64,000 bases of DNA from Eledone cirrhosa (GCA_964016885.1 OZ024759.1:29388001-29452000); one strand, 5' to 3'. Shown: positions 1 through 13,067, counted from the first letter of the stretch. Translations and numbers: made by a program. Notes: a model not told the origin generated them from the letters alone.

Positions 1-373
1 GGGAAGAGGAAAGGATGAGGAAGGTGAGAGTGAGAGATGAGGGGGGTGCGTGTAGAGAGAGAAAAATGTGCATTGAAAGAGAGAGGGGAGAGAGATAAGT
101 ATTGAGAGAAAGAGAGGTGTATTGAGAGGGAGAGAAAGAGGTGTATTGAGAGAGAGAGAATTTTATAGAGCCAACCGCTCCCCTATCGTTATCTCCCTCT
201 CTCAAATACACATCTATCTATCTCTATAAATATATACATGTAAGTACACACACACACATATATATATATATAAATGTACATTACACACACAAATCTCTCT
301 CTCTATATATATATATGTTGATTTAAAACTTCACTATTCACAAGTGTTTTTTAAGCTTCATATCATGTCTCCC

Positions 374-444
374 TATTTTATCTGATGAGAGCGCAGATAT
401 CATCCCATGATGATATTTGTTTTTGAAATGCGCATAATAAAATA
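374..444 (+). ncRNA. Type I hammerhead ribozyme (intact core) in a ~160-bp element flanked by (TA)n
   Basis: Stem I TATTTTAT/ATAAAATA (8 bp), CTGATGA at 382-388, long stem II (GCAGATATCATC-CCAT-GATGATATTTGT), GAAA at 425-428, palindromic stem III ATGCGCAT, cleavage triplet AUA. Confidence 0.85.
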
Positions 445-472
445 CTTGGAACTCTTTTAACCATCTTTTGAT

Positions 473-519
<47 letters not shown>

Positions 520-550
520 TAAATCATATATATATATATATATATCATAA

Positions 551-828
551 ATCATAAATCATGTCCTTAGAATTATTAGATAAAATATATACTATTTCCT
601 CTCCCAATTAGCATATAAAAAATCAATGACCAATTGGTCTAATTGATTTTTTATATGGTTAATTATGCTAATTGGGAGAGGAAATAGTATATATTTTATC
701 TAATAATTCTAAGGACATGATTTATGATATATTGCTCTGATTATTTAATTTATTAATTCTTCATTGAGCCACACCGTGACCGGTTGCCACATATATATCT
801 GTGACTTTATATATATGTAAATCTTTAT
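551..828 (+). mobile_element. Foldback element in (TA)n: 65-bp perfect inverted repeat plus ~100-bp tail
   Basis: 551-615 is the reverse complement of 664-728; the right arm recurs, diverged, at ~10149-10242. Confidence 0.75.
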
Positions 829-977
829 ATATATATATATATATATAGTAATAATAATAAATTTGAAGACTAAAATCCAAAGATATATATATATACACAC
901 ACACACACACAAATACACAAAGCCCGCACGCATACACACACACACACATATATATAAATGTACATTACATACATCTA

Positions 978-1059
<82 letters not shown>

Positions 1060-1065
<6 letters not shown>

Positions 1066-1208
1066 GATATTAATAAATGGAAACTATATTTATAAATATA
1101 GTTTCCATTTATTAATATCGTATATCTACTCCAAAAACTTGTCGAGTGCTTTATATCAGTTATAAAAATATTTACTTGTTGTATCCCAACAATTTTAAAT
1201 AGAACTTT

Positions 1209-1212
<4 letters not shown>
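1060..1212 (+). mobile_element. Foldback element (family C): loopless palindrome 1060-1125 plus GAGTGCT tail ending in (TA)n
   Basis: Perfect palindrome centred at 1092/1093; tail nearly identical to 23015-23133. Confidence 0.8.
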
Positions 1213-1266
<54 letters not shown>

Positions 1267-1504
1267 TATAATTGTACATTACATAAACATCTCTCTCTCC
1301 CTGTACACACACACACACACAGACAATACAAGTTTTGCTTTTATCTTAAACTAAAATAAATCCCTCATTTACATCTTAAACTGTATCTATGTTAATTGCT
1401 GCTGTTTTACTAAATATATTGGCAAAAATAAAAAAAAAAATACACTTTGTCACATATCCGTAATAATATTAACAATTACATATTTAATAGTTTATGGTAA
1501 CTCT

Positions 1505-2270
1505 TGACAACCACCACCGTCACCATCCCAACCACTACTGCTACCACCAGCACCAACACAATCACAACTCCCACCACCACTACCACAACCATATCTACTG
1601 CCACCACCACCAGCAACTTAATCACAACTACTACCACCACCACCACCACCCCAATCATTTCTCCTGCCACCACCACCACCAGCACTACTACTACCACCAC
1701 CACCAGCACTACTACTACCACCACCACAATCATAACTACTACTACCACCACCACAATCATAACTACTACGACCGCCACCACTACTACTACCACCATCACA
1801 ACTACTATTATTACCAACACAATCAAAACTACCACCGTCACCACTACTGCTACTACCACTAACAAAATCAACTACAACTACAACCACCACAAACACAACC
1901 ACTATTCCCAAAATACCACAACTACCACCGCCTCTACTAGCCTATCTGAATCACCAACATCACCACCATCATCATTAGTAGCATTCCCACACTACCACCG
2001 CTACTACTATTTCTACATCACGACCACTACAACACCACCACCACCACTCAATTATCCTACTACCACACCACAACCTTTACGCCACTCACCTGATAACAAC
2101 AACAACTACTACTACTACTATAACGAAGTGCTTCTACCGCCACCACCACTATATGTTCCTACCACTACTACTACACCACCACCACTAAATGTTATCACTC
2201 CACCATCACAACTAAATATTCTTACTACCACCACAACCCATACATGCTCCTACTACTACCACTATACCAT
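1505..2270. repeat. Degenerate (ACC/ACT)n trinucleotide region
   Basis: Runs of accaccact/actactacc; gives poly-Thr, poly-His and poly-Val ORFs in different frames. Confidence 0.85.
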
Positions 2271-2404
2271 ATCATAAACGGATTAGTTAGACGCGTGTGA
2301 GGGCAAAAGTTCCAATGTGTTCGGGTGCGGAAATTAAAAGCGGAATAGTCTCAGTGACGAGACTAGCTTTCTTTAAGGTAATTTCAGATACTTGCAATGA
2401 TATT

Positions 2405-3345
2405 TAATCCCTTATCGTAACCAACCATCGAAACCACTCATGTTTCTGTTTGTTTTTAAACCGTTTATACTTAAAACTAGCCCTGTTTTTACAATACAGA
2501 TCTATTTATTTTAAACTACTAATCTAGCCCCGTTTCTACACTGCAAAACTATTTGTTTTTTTTAAGTGTTTATATTTAAAGTGTTTATATTTAAGTGTTT
2601 ATATTTAAAATAACATCTGTTTCTACATGACAAAGCTGATCGTTTTAAGGTGTTAATGTTTATTATCAAACCACCTGAAACTACCCCCGATTCTATGACA
2701 CAAAACTGTTTATTTAAACTTTACCAAACTAGCCCTGTTTTTACAACCTAAAACTATTTCTTTTTTAAGTGTTTATATTTAAAACAACCTCTGTATCTAC
2801 ATGACAAAGCTGATCGTTTTAAGGTGTTAATGTTTATTATCAAACCACCTGAAACTACCCCCGATTCTATGATACAAATAGTCTGAAAGTGTTTATATTA
2901 TTAAACCACCTGAAACTACCCCCGATTCTATGACACAAAACTGTCTGAAAGTGTTTATATTATTAAACCACCTGTAACTACCCCTGTTTCTACGATACAA
3001 AACTGTTTAATTAAAGCACTTTTATTTAAAGTGTTTATATCTAATATCAAACCACCTGAAACTACAGTACAAACTATTTTAAAGTTATTAGATAATGAAA
3101 ATATAAACACAAATAATATATACAATTAATTATTGCTAGGAAGCTTATAAATATAATAGACAATACACAAAAATATATGATGAAATTGAGACCCCCGCCC
3201 AAATCTTACCAATTCAACACTAAGTGCGGCACACTAGAAGTGTTTATATTTAAAGCAATCCCCGTTTCTATAAGACAAAACTATTTGTTTTAAAGTGTTT
3301 ATATTTAAAACTACCACTGTTTCTATGATACAAAACTTTTTATTT
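2405..3345. repeat. Degenerate tandem array of ~55-65-bp units (aaaccacctgaaactacccccgattctatgacacaaaactg...aagtgtttatatt)
   Basis: Motif recurs many times; includes a near-exact ~115-bp duplication (~2592-2705 vs ~2767-2878). Confidence 0.7.
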
Positions 3346-4509
3346 AAAAAGAAATTATAGATATATCATTTATTTACAGTTGTATAGAAATATAACAATA
3401 TAATACTTAAAGAACGAAAACACAAACACTTATATAAAATATAAACGCATAAAAGAGAGATAAAAAAAAACATAGAAAAAAAAGGTGGGGGCAATTAACC
3501 ACGAAGTGCGAGAATCGACTGTACATCCCATCATAAGGGTTAAGTGTTTATATTACCAAACCACCCGGCCCCTGTTACTACAAAACAGAAACTGATCGCT
3601 TTAAAGTCCTTTTATTTAATTGTTTCTACTTTTGGCACAAGGCCAGCAAAAACCAGTACATTACTGGTACTTTATTTTATCGACCCCGTAAGGATGAAAG
3701 GCAAAGTTAACCTCAGCGGGATTTATATTTAATATCATACCACCTGTGACCACCGCGTCTCTATGATACAAAACTCTTTATGTTAAGGTGTCTAAAAAAA
3801 ACAAACTCGTCACATAATTGTATGTAAGAAACTAGTTCCAAGCACTTGAAATCATATCGAGCTATTCATTTTTAAGAGATTATATTCATCTGGAAGAAAG
3901 ACCCCCCCCTCACTCTCTCTCTCTAAAACAAAACAAAAAGAACTTTCATGATTTTACGTAAGAACCGGTGTCAAGTTATGTTCCAAAATGCCGACTTAAT
4001 AATAAGAAAGTAGAGAACGCTGGTGTATCAACATTTCAGTGAAAGAATTTCTTTATTGTAAAAAATGCAAGTGTCTTTAGTGATTATGAAAAGGAAGGGG
4101 AATGGCAAGGGCTTTAAGGTCACAGAAGAATAGAAAGGTGATGGACTCTGGGTCTAGGGCTCGGTGGTGTTGGGGCTGCGCTCCGTGGACATGAACCGCA
4201 AAAGTTAGTTATATTAATCAATCTCTTAACATGATAACGAGAGGTGTCAATGTTGAAATATAAAAAACGAAGACAGTAAAAAAAACATTAGTTGCTTTGC
4301 CTCTCATCCTTACGGGGCCGATAAAATAAAGTACCAGTAACGCACTGAAGGTCGATTTAATAAACTTCCCCTCCACTTCCAATTGCTGGCCTTAACTTTA
4401 AATCAGAAACTATTATTATTATTATTATTTGATATTTAGCAAAAGCGTTAGAGCACTGGACAAAATGCTTTGCTGTATTTATTATTACGACTTTAATAAA
4501 GACAGATAC

Positions 4510-4800
4510 TTTCCTCTTCGGCGAATCCCTAATTAACTTTTTCAAGTTTCACTTGAAGAGGAAAAGCAGGGTGGGGAGGCAAGTGCTGCCCTCTAGCAAG
4601 TGTGTTGAAAGGTGGGTGAATGTAGCGAGAATGGTCCGAGTGAACGGGACCGCTCTGAATATACGTCTGTAGTTTGAGAAATGGAAACATTGAGAGAGGG
4701 CGCTTGCCCTGGTGGGCAGGGTGGCCGTGGTCTTTTGTGTGGTTTTCGCCACGAGTAACCCTCGGAGGTTTCCCCCCTATTGGGGAATTTTTCATTGTGT
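4510..4800 (+). mobile_element. Tx1/L1-like LINE 3' remnant
   Basis: Translates FLFGESLINFFKFHLKRKSRVGRQVLPSSKCVERWVNVARMVRVNGTALNIRL*; homologous to 36350-36825. Clade assignment is from recalled motifs. Confidence 0.55.
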
Positions 4801-5207
4801 CAATTTTCATTTTTATTGTTTATATATATATATATATATGTTTCTATGTCCTTTTTTTTTTCTTTTCTTATATAAATAATTGTTTCTACTTTGGGCACAA
4901 GGCCAGCAATTATGCAGTGTATTACTGGTACTTGGGTAATTGCTGGCCTTTTCTTATATAAATAATAAAAATCTTTACACGCACAAAACCCACATCGTAC
5001 CGTCCTGTACTGTCTGTAATGTTTTTCTTGATGTCAGCCCTTGTGGCCAATAAAGAAATCATTATTACGACTTTAATAAAGCAAATAATATAAACAGACG
5101 ATTTCTCACATTGGCACACTTTTCTAAGAGATATAAGTCCATATAACTGTTATTTAATAAACACTTGAACATTCTGTACAAGAAACAGCTTTTAGACTCA
5201 TTCTATC

Positions 5208-5400
5208 TTATATACACCAGATCTGGACAAAAAAAACCAAACTTCCACTGTCACTGAGCTCTCCTCCATCTCTTACTATTCTGAGCAAATGGGCGGGGTC
5301 ACAAGCTGGCCACCTCACGGCTCTGGTTGACAGAATAGAAAAATCATTTCCCCCCGGAAAAATGGAGAGGGAGACGCACTGGAAGAACCTTTCTGGCTCA
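5208..5400 (-). mobile_element. CRE-like (restriction-like endonuclease) retrotransposon 3' remnant
   Basis: FFQCVSLSIFPGGNDFSIL resembles the WLFQRLSLAIxRGNAxSIL C-terminus; same family as 33855-34180. Confidence 0.5.
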
Positions 5401-5492
5401 TATATCATCTTTCCATCCCCACACAAATTTGCTGGCCTAGTGCCTAAATTAGAAACCATTATTATTATTACTATTTACGGCCCTTTATGATC

Positions 5493-5620
5493 TCAGTTCA
5501 AATCCCGCCGAGGTTAACTTTGCCTTTCATCCTTACGAGGTCGATAAAATAAAGTACCAGTAATTCACTGGGGTAATTGCTGGCCTTGTGCCAAAAGTAG
5601 AAACAATTATTATTATTATT
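5493..5620 (+). mobile_element. tRNA-derived SINE with Nin/Deu-type core (representative; more than 10 copies in the window)
   Basis: Box B-like GTTCAAATCCC, core CTTTGCCTTTCATCCTTACGAGGTCGATAAAATAAAGTACCAG, (ATT)n tail; other copies near 3620, 4295, 16170, 19350, 21770, 22090, 22205, 36900, 52440, 60820, 62305, 62990, 63800. Confidence 0.75.
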
Positions 5621-6734
5621 ATTGATATAAGGGGTGGTAGACATCTACGATGAATGACTTGCATAACGTTGAGTGCTTTGTTTGTTACATCATGATTTGC
5701 TTACCAGAACCATCAGTTCTCCCCATTGGTAATCCAAATAACTTAAATAGTATATATTTACATATATATATTGTTATATTTGGAGAGGATTATGTTGTTA
5801 TGATATTGCCAGAAATATATAGTAAAACACACTCACTGAAATTATAATAGTAAATAGAGAGTAATATAAATGCTAAAGCGTTCAACGATATTAACCATGG
5901 GCTATAATCAGGGAGTCTACAATATTGAAATGGTCCCAAATTATTTATTTATTCATTTATTATTTGCTACCATACATATAGGCAAGCTTAATCCACCTGT
6001 TAACTTGTCTCACATTTCTCTCAAGATATCATCTGTACCATGGCTCAGCAATACTTTTAAATGTCACAGATAGTTTAAACACTGTTATATATATTTTATT
6101 TATTTGTAAATGGTTGAGAAACCAATCTTCCTATTTTGTGTCCATTTGTTATTGTTCCATGTGCTCTGGAGCTAGTGGTATCGACCTTTAAGTACCAGAA
6201 CCATGATGAACCCCAGCAGTCAACTGATGAGAAGAGATTGTCCTGTGTTTCTTTCGTTTTTTTTGTTGTCTTTGCCTAGCTTTTTTTACTTATTTGTATG
6301 CGAGATACTTTTCAGATTGTTATATCATCATCATCATTTAATGTCCATTTTCCACGTTATTATAGGCTAGACAGGTTGTTTCATTTTAGGTAAGTTGGGT
6401 CAGGTGACCATGTTTTACTCATATAGGACTGTTTTGGGGCTCGGTTTCTACGGCTGAATGCCTTCCCTAATGCCAACCACATTTACAGTGTGGACTGGGA
6501 GCTTTTTGTTGTGACTCCTACATGACAACTTTACCACTTTACAGTGAGGGCTAATTGCTTTTGTCATGATACCTACATGACCACTTTACAGTATGGGCTG
6601 GATATGTTTTGTTGGCAGTGTAAGGATGGACTGGACAGGAGTGGGAGGTGTAGTGGTTAAGAAGTCCTACTAGGTGTATGTTTGAGTCCCGAGTTATATA
6701 TATTTTAAGATGTCAGGTGTGGTGTCCAATATTT

Positions 6735-6925
6735 CATGGGAAAAGTCACACTACCAACAAGGTTCTTTACAGTGATCTGCCACAAGCTTCTCTGGTCACC
6801 AGATGCAAAGCACCGAGTAGGACTTCCAAACATAATCATCGGGATTCTGTTGGTGAGGGACACTGGTTTCATTGGGCAGGGTCTTCTTGCTGCAATGAGA
6901 GATCGGGAAGTCTGGAACAAGAACC
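6735..6925 (+). mobile_element. RTE-clade LINE C-terminal remnant
   Basis: KSHTTNKVLYSDLP...LLWSPDAKHRVG...RDTG...AMRDREVW, with frameshifts and a deletion. Confidence 0.55.
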
Positions 6926-7541
6926 TTGTGTATGTTTCACCTTTGATGGATGGATGACTCAAGAAAAAGAAGATATTTTAATACATGGTATTAACTGGAT
7001 ATTCAAGTTACTAGCAGTTTCATAGTTTTTGTTGTCAGAGGTACATATTCTCCATTATTGAAAGGTGTATGTATGGCCTGTCATCAGTGAGCATCAGACT
7101 TTATAAATAAATCAGTAAATTAGATTGGTTAGGAAAATATTTCTGAAACAAGATCAATTGTCAATGATAACGTAGGGTTGATAAAATCACCTACATCTCC
7201 AACCCCCTTTTAAATTTCCATCATTGTGCCTGCCTATAATGAGGAAATCTTCATAATAATTACTGTATTGAACTCCTGTATAAATACTTAAACATCTTAA
7301 CGTCAGAATATCTAATGAGATCCTCTGGTGAGTTTATTTGTATAATAAATTTTAGATCAATCTATTATGTTTTAGAAACCTGTCAATCAAGTCATCTGAC
7401 TGATTAGCTGTGAAGCTCAATAGCTTAGTTATTGATCTATTGATATATTTACACAAATCTATACAAGGGCTGTGCCACAGCATGGCCTCAGTGGGATGGC
7501 TGGAACAGGTAAAAGAGTAAAAGAGTATATTCACTGATATA

Positions 7542-7592
<51 letters not shown>

Positions 7593-7825
7593 ATAAGAAA
7601 AGAGTATCGAGTACTCTGGTGTGTTATGGTCCACCTGGTTTCTTACCACACTTTCTTTGTTACATATATATATATATAAGGGTTAAAATACTGGAGCGTG
7701 TTGGAGTAAAACACCCTCTTCGTATTATAGAAATGACAGTAAAAGGTATAGCTCAATGTAATTAAACAGAGCCGAAGAATTATGAAAGTAAAACAAAGAA
7801 GCCTTCAATACATCAAAAGTCTTTA

Positions 7826-7869
7826 TTAGCCAACAATGTTTCGTCCTATTAAGGACTCATCAGGGCAAT
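7826..7869 (-). ncRNA. Minimal type I hammerhead ribozyme (Penelope pLTR type)
   Basis: Minus strand TTGCC-CTGATGA-GTCCT TAAT AGGAC-GAAAC-ATT-GTT-GGCTAA, followed directly by AATAAA; lies in a TA-flanked element at ~7678-8080. Confidence 0.8.
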
Positions 7870-8281
7870 TAAAACAACAAGAAGTATTATCGGCCAATAC
7901 AAGCCAGAAACTCCGAAGAATATGGAGTGTACATACACTAAAGTATTGCAAGATTATGGGTAAAAATATATAATAAAAATCACTAAAGAGGTGTATAACA
8001 TTTAGAACCATATTACAAATATAGTCCAAAGCAAAAAAAAGCCTAGAGCTAAACAAAGGTGGTTATATAGAGCAGGAATTATATATAATACAATATAATA
8101 TAATATAATATACTTTTACCAATATTAAAATTACAATAAAAATCAAAAGGTACAATATACATATGTATATATGTACGCACATATACACATACATCAATAC
8201 ACATATCCATCTTCAACAGCACATATATATATATCATCATCGTTTAATATCTATCTTCCATGCTAGCATGGGTTATATATA

Positions 8282-8468
8282 TAGGTACGTTATTCCGGAT
8301 TGAATCGGAGGTGACCACAGTAAGTAAGGTACTCAATACATAGCAGAGTATAAAAGATTTAATATAGATGAGATTCTACAGGACTAGAACTGTTTCATTC
8401 TTTAGAAATCATCAGGAATCTCTGATGATTTCTAAAGAATGAAACAGTTCTAGTCCTGTAGAATCTCA

Positions 8469-8475
<7 letters not shown>
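8282..8475 (-). mobile_element. Foldback element (family E): 54-bp perfect arms (8362-8415 / 8422-8475) plus GAGTAC tail
   Basis: Arms are exact reverse complements; tail 8282-8360 matches 26770-26853 in the opposite orientation. Confidence 0.8.
8370..8422 (-). ncRNA. Type I hammerhead ribozyme
   Basis: GAGATTC-CTGATGA-TTTCTAAAGAAT-GAAACAG TTCTAGTC CTGTA-GAATCTC: 7-bp stem I, 4-bp stem III, GUA triplet; stem II is weak and closed by U.U. Confidence 0.7.
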
Positions 8476-8505
<30 letters not shown>

Positions 8506-8510
8506 ATATA

Positions 8511-8943
8511 TATCAACTAGAAATAGATTGACATATTTATATATATAAAATAAATACATGAAACAATCACAGGGAATAATTTGTAAAGAATGTAGGCCAA
8601 CATAGCTAGGTAGGTAACTAATTAAAGTTTGTCTAGAACTTCAAATATAGATACCTTTTAAAATGATTAATCATTTTAAAATTATCTAATGATTAACCAT
8701 TTTAAAAGGTATCTATATTTGAAGTTCTAGACAAACTTTAATTAGTTACCTACCTAGCTATGTGTGCCTACAGTCTTTACAAATTATTTCCTGTGATTGT
8801 TTCATGTATTTATTTTATATATATATATATATGTCAATCTATTTCTAGTTGATACGTAATGCTCGGATCTAATCTTTGAGCTTATTCTACGGTGGATATG
8901 GCGCATGTCTCTCAGACATGACAACCCTTATTTTTAATTTTGG

Positions 8944-8944
<1 letters not shown>
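8511..8944 (+). mobile_element. Foldback element (family F): ~165-bp inverted arms plus ~90-bp tail into (TA)n
   Basis: 8511-~8675 vs ~8690-8854 near-perfect reverse complements; second copy at 11670-11989. Confidence 0.8.
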
Positions 8945-8976
<32 letters not shown>

Positions 8977-8977
8977 A

Positions 8978-9125
8978 AGGCGTATGGCTTAGTGGTTAGA
9001 GCATTGGGCTTGCAATCGAAAGGTTGTGAATTCAATTCTTGGACTGAGTGATGTGTTGTGTCCTTGAGCAAGACACTTTATTTTATTTCACGTTGCTCCA
9101 GTTTACTCAGCTGTAGAAATGAGAT
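8978..9125 (+). mobile_element. tRNA-derived SINE (second type)
   Basis: Box A TGGCTTAGTGG, box B-like AATTCAATTC, core TCCTTGAGCAAGACACTTTA; same head as 29096-29432, 49540-49852 and 59734-60065. Confidence 0.75.
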
Positions 9126-9261
9126 GAGGAGGTACTGGCCTGCCCACCCAGCCAATGGGATGGCGTTATCTTATGGCTAAAACAGCACGATGTGCTGTGA
9201 CCAGCGGCGGCGAATGGACGCCCGACAGACTGGTTGGTCAAGGTGGTATATATATATATAT

Positions 9262-9510
9262 TTCGTTTCTGAATTTGTTTAGCAAGATTCTTTATCTGAA
9301 AACGTGTGTTGAAACCGATATTGTTATACTTTGGGAGGGTAATGTTGCCAATAAGAAACACACGCACCAGTTGCTTTCACTTCAATTTATTATAAATTAA
9401 ATTTATAAATTTCTGGCTGGTTGGTTGGTTGGTTCCACAACCAGACGATTGTTCATATATTGTCAAAGTTCTTTTGTCACACATTCTGTGACCTCTTCAG
9501 TGACTGGGGA
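9262..9510 (-). mobile_element. TA-flanked element (family I) with degenerate hammerhead
   Basis: Minus strand GTCA-CTGAAGA-GGTCACAGAATGTGTGAC-AAAA-GAACTT-TGAC (G12 changed to A); homologous to 17741-18047. Confidence 0.6.
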
Positions 9511-9717
9511 TTCTATATATATATGATCTTTTGTAGCTTTGGTATTGTGTGGTTGGGTTTTGTGTACCGCAATTTTCAATTTGTCAAGCTATTTAAACGT
9601 ATGTTATTACTCTAAGGACCTACCCTTATTGAGTGCTTTGCTAACTCATTCCTTATTGTAGGTCGACTTTGCTTGGCCACAGCCAAAGCTTCCATTTTAC
9701 TAAGCTTCCACTTGTAT

Positions 9718-9753
<36 letters not shown>

Positions 9754-9757
9754 CACA

Positions 9758-9885
9758 CACGAACAGGTGCTGAAAAGTTCATGGCTTTGGGCAAAAGAAA
9801 ATACAGGAGGATCAGTTAATTATGATTTTATTCAGCATATACCTCTCTCAGATTCACACTCTTATTGCAGTGGTCGTACCTTCCC
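9758..9885 (+). mobile_element. Tc1/mariner-like terminal sequence (non-autonomous remnant)
   Basis: cacgaacaggtgctgaaaagttc resembles TACGAGGG.TGCTGAAAAGTTC mariner-type ends; no matching right end seen. Confidence 0.45.
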
Positions 9886-9973
9886 TGTAAAGGTAACAGC
9901 TCTACGCTTTTGCAGTACCCATAAAGTCAGGAATAGATACGAAGACCAAAATCTGAAGAGGCTTGATAAGTAT

Positions 9974-10025
<52 letters not shown>

Positions 10026-10238
10026 ATATCTGGGCGATTCATACACGCTGTCGAAATACTCGATAAATATTCCATCGCAACTGACGCGAAGGGCTGCTTT
10101 CAGTTATTTGTCAGAGATTTCTTCATAGAAGCCTTTATTCTTATAGCTTGGTCTAATCGATTTTTTATAAGGTTAATTATGCTAATTGGGAGAGGAAATG
10201 GTATATATTTTATCTGGTGATTCTATAGACATGTTTTA

Positions 10239-10279
<41 letters not shown>

Positions 10280-10308
10280 AACACACACACACACACACAC
10301 ACATATAT

Positions 10309-11660
10309 GTGGAATTTAGCGTACAGGTTGGTGTCCACCAGGGCTCTGTTCTTAGCCCTCTCCTGTTCATCATAGTCCTGCAGGCAATAACAGAGGAGTT
10401 TAAGACCGGATGCCCATGGGAACTCCTGTATGCTGATAACCTCGCACTTATAGCTGGAAGCAGGGACTAGAAAGAAAGGGTCTCAAAGTCAACATGACAA
10501 ATACTAAGGTCCTTGTAAGTAGACAAGAAAACAGAACCCAGATCCCCTCAGGGAAATGGCCTTGCTCAGTATGTAGGAAAGGTGTAGGTAGGAACTCCAT
10601 TCTCTGCCCCAAATGCAAACAATGGGTTCACAAGAGATGTAGCGGGATCTCAGGAAGCTTAATTAAGAATGTAGGCTTCACATGCAGCAGCTGTGCTGGG
10701 ACAGCAAGCAGCAAACAGCCACAGGAAACAAGTTCCACCAATCTCTGGGAGGGCCCTGTAGAAACAGTAGACAGCTTCTACTACCTAGGTAACCGAATTA
10801 GCAGCGGAGGTGGGTGTTCAGAAAGTACAATAACTAGGGTAAGAACGGGATGGAAGAAGTTCAGGGAACTACTACCACTCCTAGCTGCAAAAGGCTTCTC
10901 CCTCAAAATGAAAGGCAGACTGTATGATGCGTGTATCCGAACAGCGATGTTGCATGGTAGTGAGACCTGGGCGCTGAAGGTGGAAGACTTACGTAGATTA
11001 GAGAGAAACGAAGCCTGCATGCTCCGATGGATGTGTAATAGTAATATACGCGAACGACAAAGCATAAATGAATTGAGAGAGAGACTGAGCGTAAGAGGAA
11101 TCAAATGCTGTGTGCAGGAGAGGCGGTTGCGTTGGTATGGACATGTGATGCGTATGAAGGATGACAGCTGCATAAAAAGGTGCAGAGCACTAGAAGTCAA
11201 TGGAAACGGTGGAGTGGGGAGACCCAAGAAGACCTGGGATGAGGTGATAAAAGCCGACCTTACCCAATTACACCTCTCAAAGGCGATGCCACCCGACCGT
11301 GACCTCTGGCGTCACGCAGTAATACAGAGTACCCAACCTCCCATGGGTACAAGCTGAAGCATATAGACAATATGCCCCCACACCCTCCCACTGAAAGGTG
11401 GTCGTGGAAGTGCCACGGCAAAAAAGCACCCAGTCCACACTGTAAAGTGGACGTGTAGGCGCCACGGGAAAAAAAGCACCCAGCACTCACTGTAAATGAG
11501 GTTGGTGTTAGGAAGGGCATCCAGCTGTAGAAATCAAGCCAAAATCAGTTCCTGTATGAGCAAGGCATTGTCAGCCGACCAGACACTGCCCACAACAGGA
11601 CAACCCGTCTAACCCATGCTAGCATGGAAGAACGGACGTAAAACGGTGATGATGATGATA
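10309..11660 (+). mobile_element. 5'-truncated RTE-clade LINE (RT C-half, Cys-rich insert, 3' UTR, (GAT)n tail)
   Basis: GVHQGSVLSPLLF...LLYADNL, a frameshift, then ORF 10494-11357 with CSVC..CPKC..HKRC, YLG, LHGSETW, RLRWYGHVMR, GRPKKTW; ends aaacggt(gat)n. Confidence 0.92.
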
Positions 11661-11669
11661 TATATATAT

Positions 11670-11986
11670 ATCAACTAGAAATATCTGAAATAAACATATG
11701 AAACAATCACAGGGAATAATTTGTAAAAGTGTGTAAGCACACATAGCTAGGTAGGTAACTAATTAAAGTTTAACTAGAACTTTAAACTTTAAAGTGCTTA
11801 CACACTTTTACAAATTTTTCCCTGTGATTGTTTCATATGTTTATTTTAGATATATATACAGTATATATATGTCAATCAATTTCTAGTTGATATAAAATGC
11901 TCGGATCTATTCATTGGAATCTTGGAGCATATTCTACAGTGGATATGGCGCATGTCTCTCTGACATGACACCCTTAAATTAATTTT

Positions 11987-11989
<3 letters not shown>
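11670..11989 (+). mobile_element. Foldback element family F, second copy
   Basis: Begins at the same base (tcaactagaaat) as the 8511 copy; shorter, asymmetric hairpin to 11892; same tail. Confidence 0.8.
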
Positions 11990-12049
<60 letters not shown>

Positions 12050-12132
12050 GTATACTCCAGTCCTACAAACTGTAGAGTGCTTCTTATCCGATATCTGCAT
12101 TGCTTTATTGTACTACAATAAAACTCACCTCC

Positions 12133-12200
<68 letters not shown>

Positions 12201-12549
12201 ATATTTGGCGGCTTTTAAGATGCACTTTTAAAAATAAAAAAGGTCTTGTGCTCTCAGTCACTTAACATTGATGAAACTGAGCTAAGTGCTGGCCTCGGGA
12301 GCCTCTGGGTTTCAGACAGAGAGAGGGAGATGATGATGATTGAACTATTTTAAACATGCTTCTTAATGTCTGAATATTTACTGAGCCCTCCTAGTGAATT
12401 ATTTGATTAATAGAAAATCGATGTATTTTGTTTAGAAACCTGCCTGTCAAACCTGCTCACTGACTGGTTAGCTGGGAAGCTGTGTAGCATTGCTGTCTAT
12501 GTATTGATGTATCTATATAAATCCCTACATATTTACTGGTTTGTATGTA

Positions 12550-12584
<35 letters not shown>

Positions 12585-12675
12585 GTATATATATATATGT
12601 GTGTGTGTGTATGATGGTTATATGAACAGACCTGCTTTTTCTCAAAGAAACATTTTTCTTTAATTTCTCATTCTA

Positions 12676-12711
12676 TTTTCTGATGAAGGACTAGTGTCCA
12701 AAACGTTAAGA
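12676..12711 (+). ncRNA. Degenerate minimal hammerhead (GAAAC changed to AAAAC)
   Basis: TTTT-CTGATGA-AGGAC TAGT GTCC-AAAAC-GTT-AAGA; same family as 40135-40170. Confidence 0.55.
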
Positions 12712-13067
12712 CTCTTTTCCTACTATATCAAGTGTAAAACTAATATATTTCTTCATTGTACTGTGTCGTTTGCTTTGTTTCTGTGTTCATTTTTTGCATC
12801 AATCTATTTATCTCCCTCTCTATATATTATATATCATACACACATCACTATTTAATGACTGCTTTCCCTTCTAGCAAGGTTTGGACAGGTCATCACAGAT
12901 TAAGTCAGTTCTTAATCAGGACCACTGATCTCACACTCTGCAGAGTGTTCTAGGTGCAATTTATTATGGCACTAACACTAGGGAGTTTGTTATGTCTTGG
13001 ACACAACTGAAGCGTTCTTTTAATCCTTTGTTTGGTAGGTTTATTAAGTCTAAAATCTGTTTTTCGA

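Noticed and set aside
1476-2277. Thr-rich mucin-like ORF (257 aa) and His-rich or Val-rich alternatives
   Set aside because: Trinucleotide repeat open in several frames, with a non-ATG start and no signal peptide or splice support.
3950-4210. GC-richer segment as an exon or promoter
   Set aside because: No ORF, convincing splice pair or recognisable motif; left unassigned.
7484-7516. ATG..MASVGWLEQ|gtaaaa as the missing first DOK exon
   Set aside because: Weak donor and too short a beta1-beta2 loop; the sequence looks like a SINE 3' end (cagcatggcc..gaacaggtaaaagagtaaaagag).
8978-9050. tRNA gene
   Set aside because: Box A/B are present but there is no closed cloverleaf; the sequence runs into a SINE core and is multicopy.
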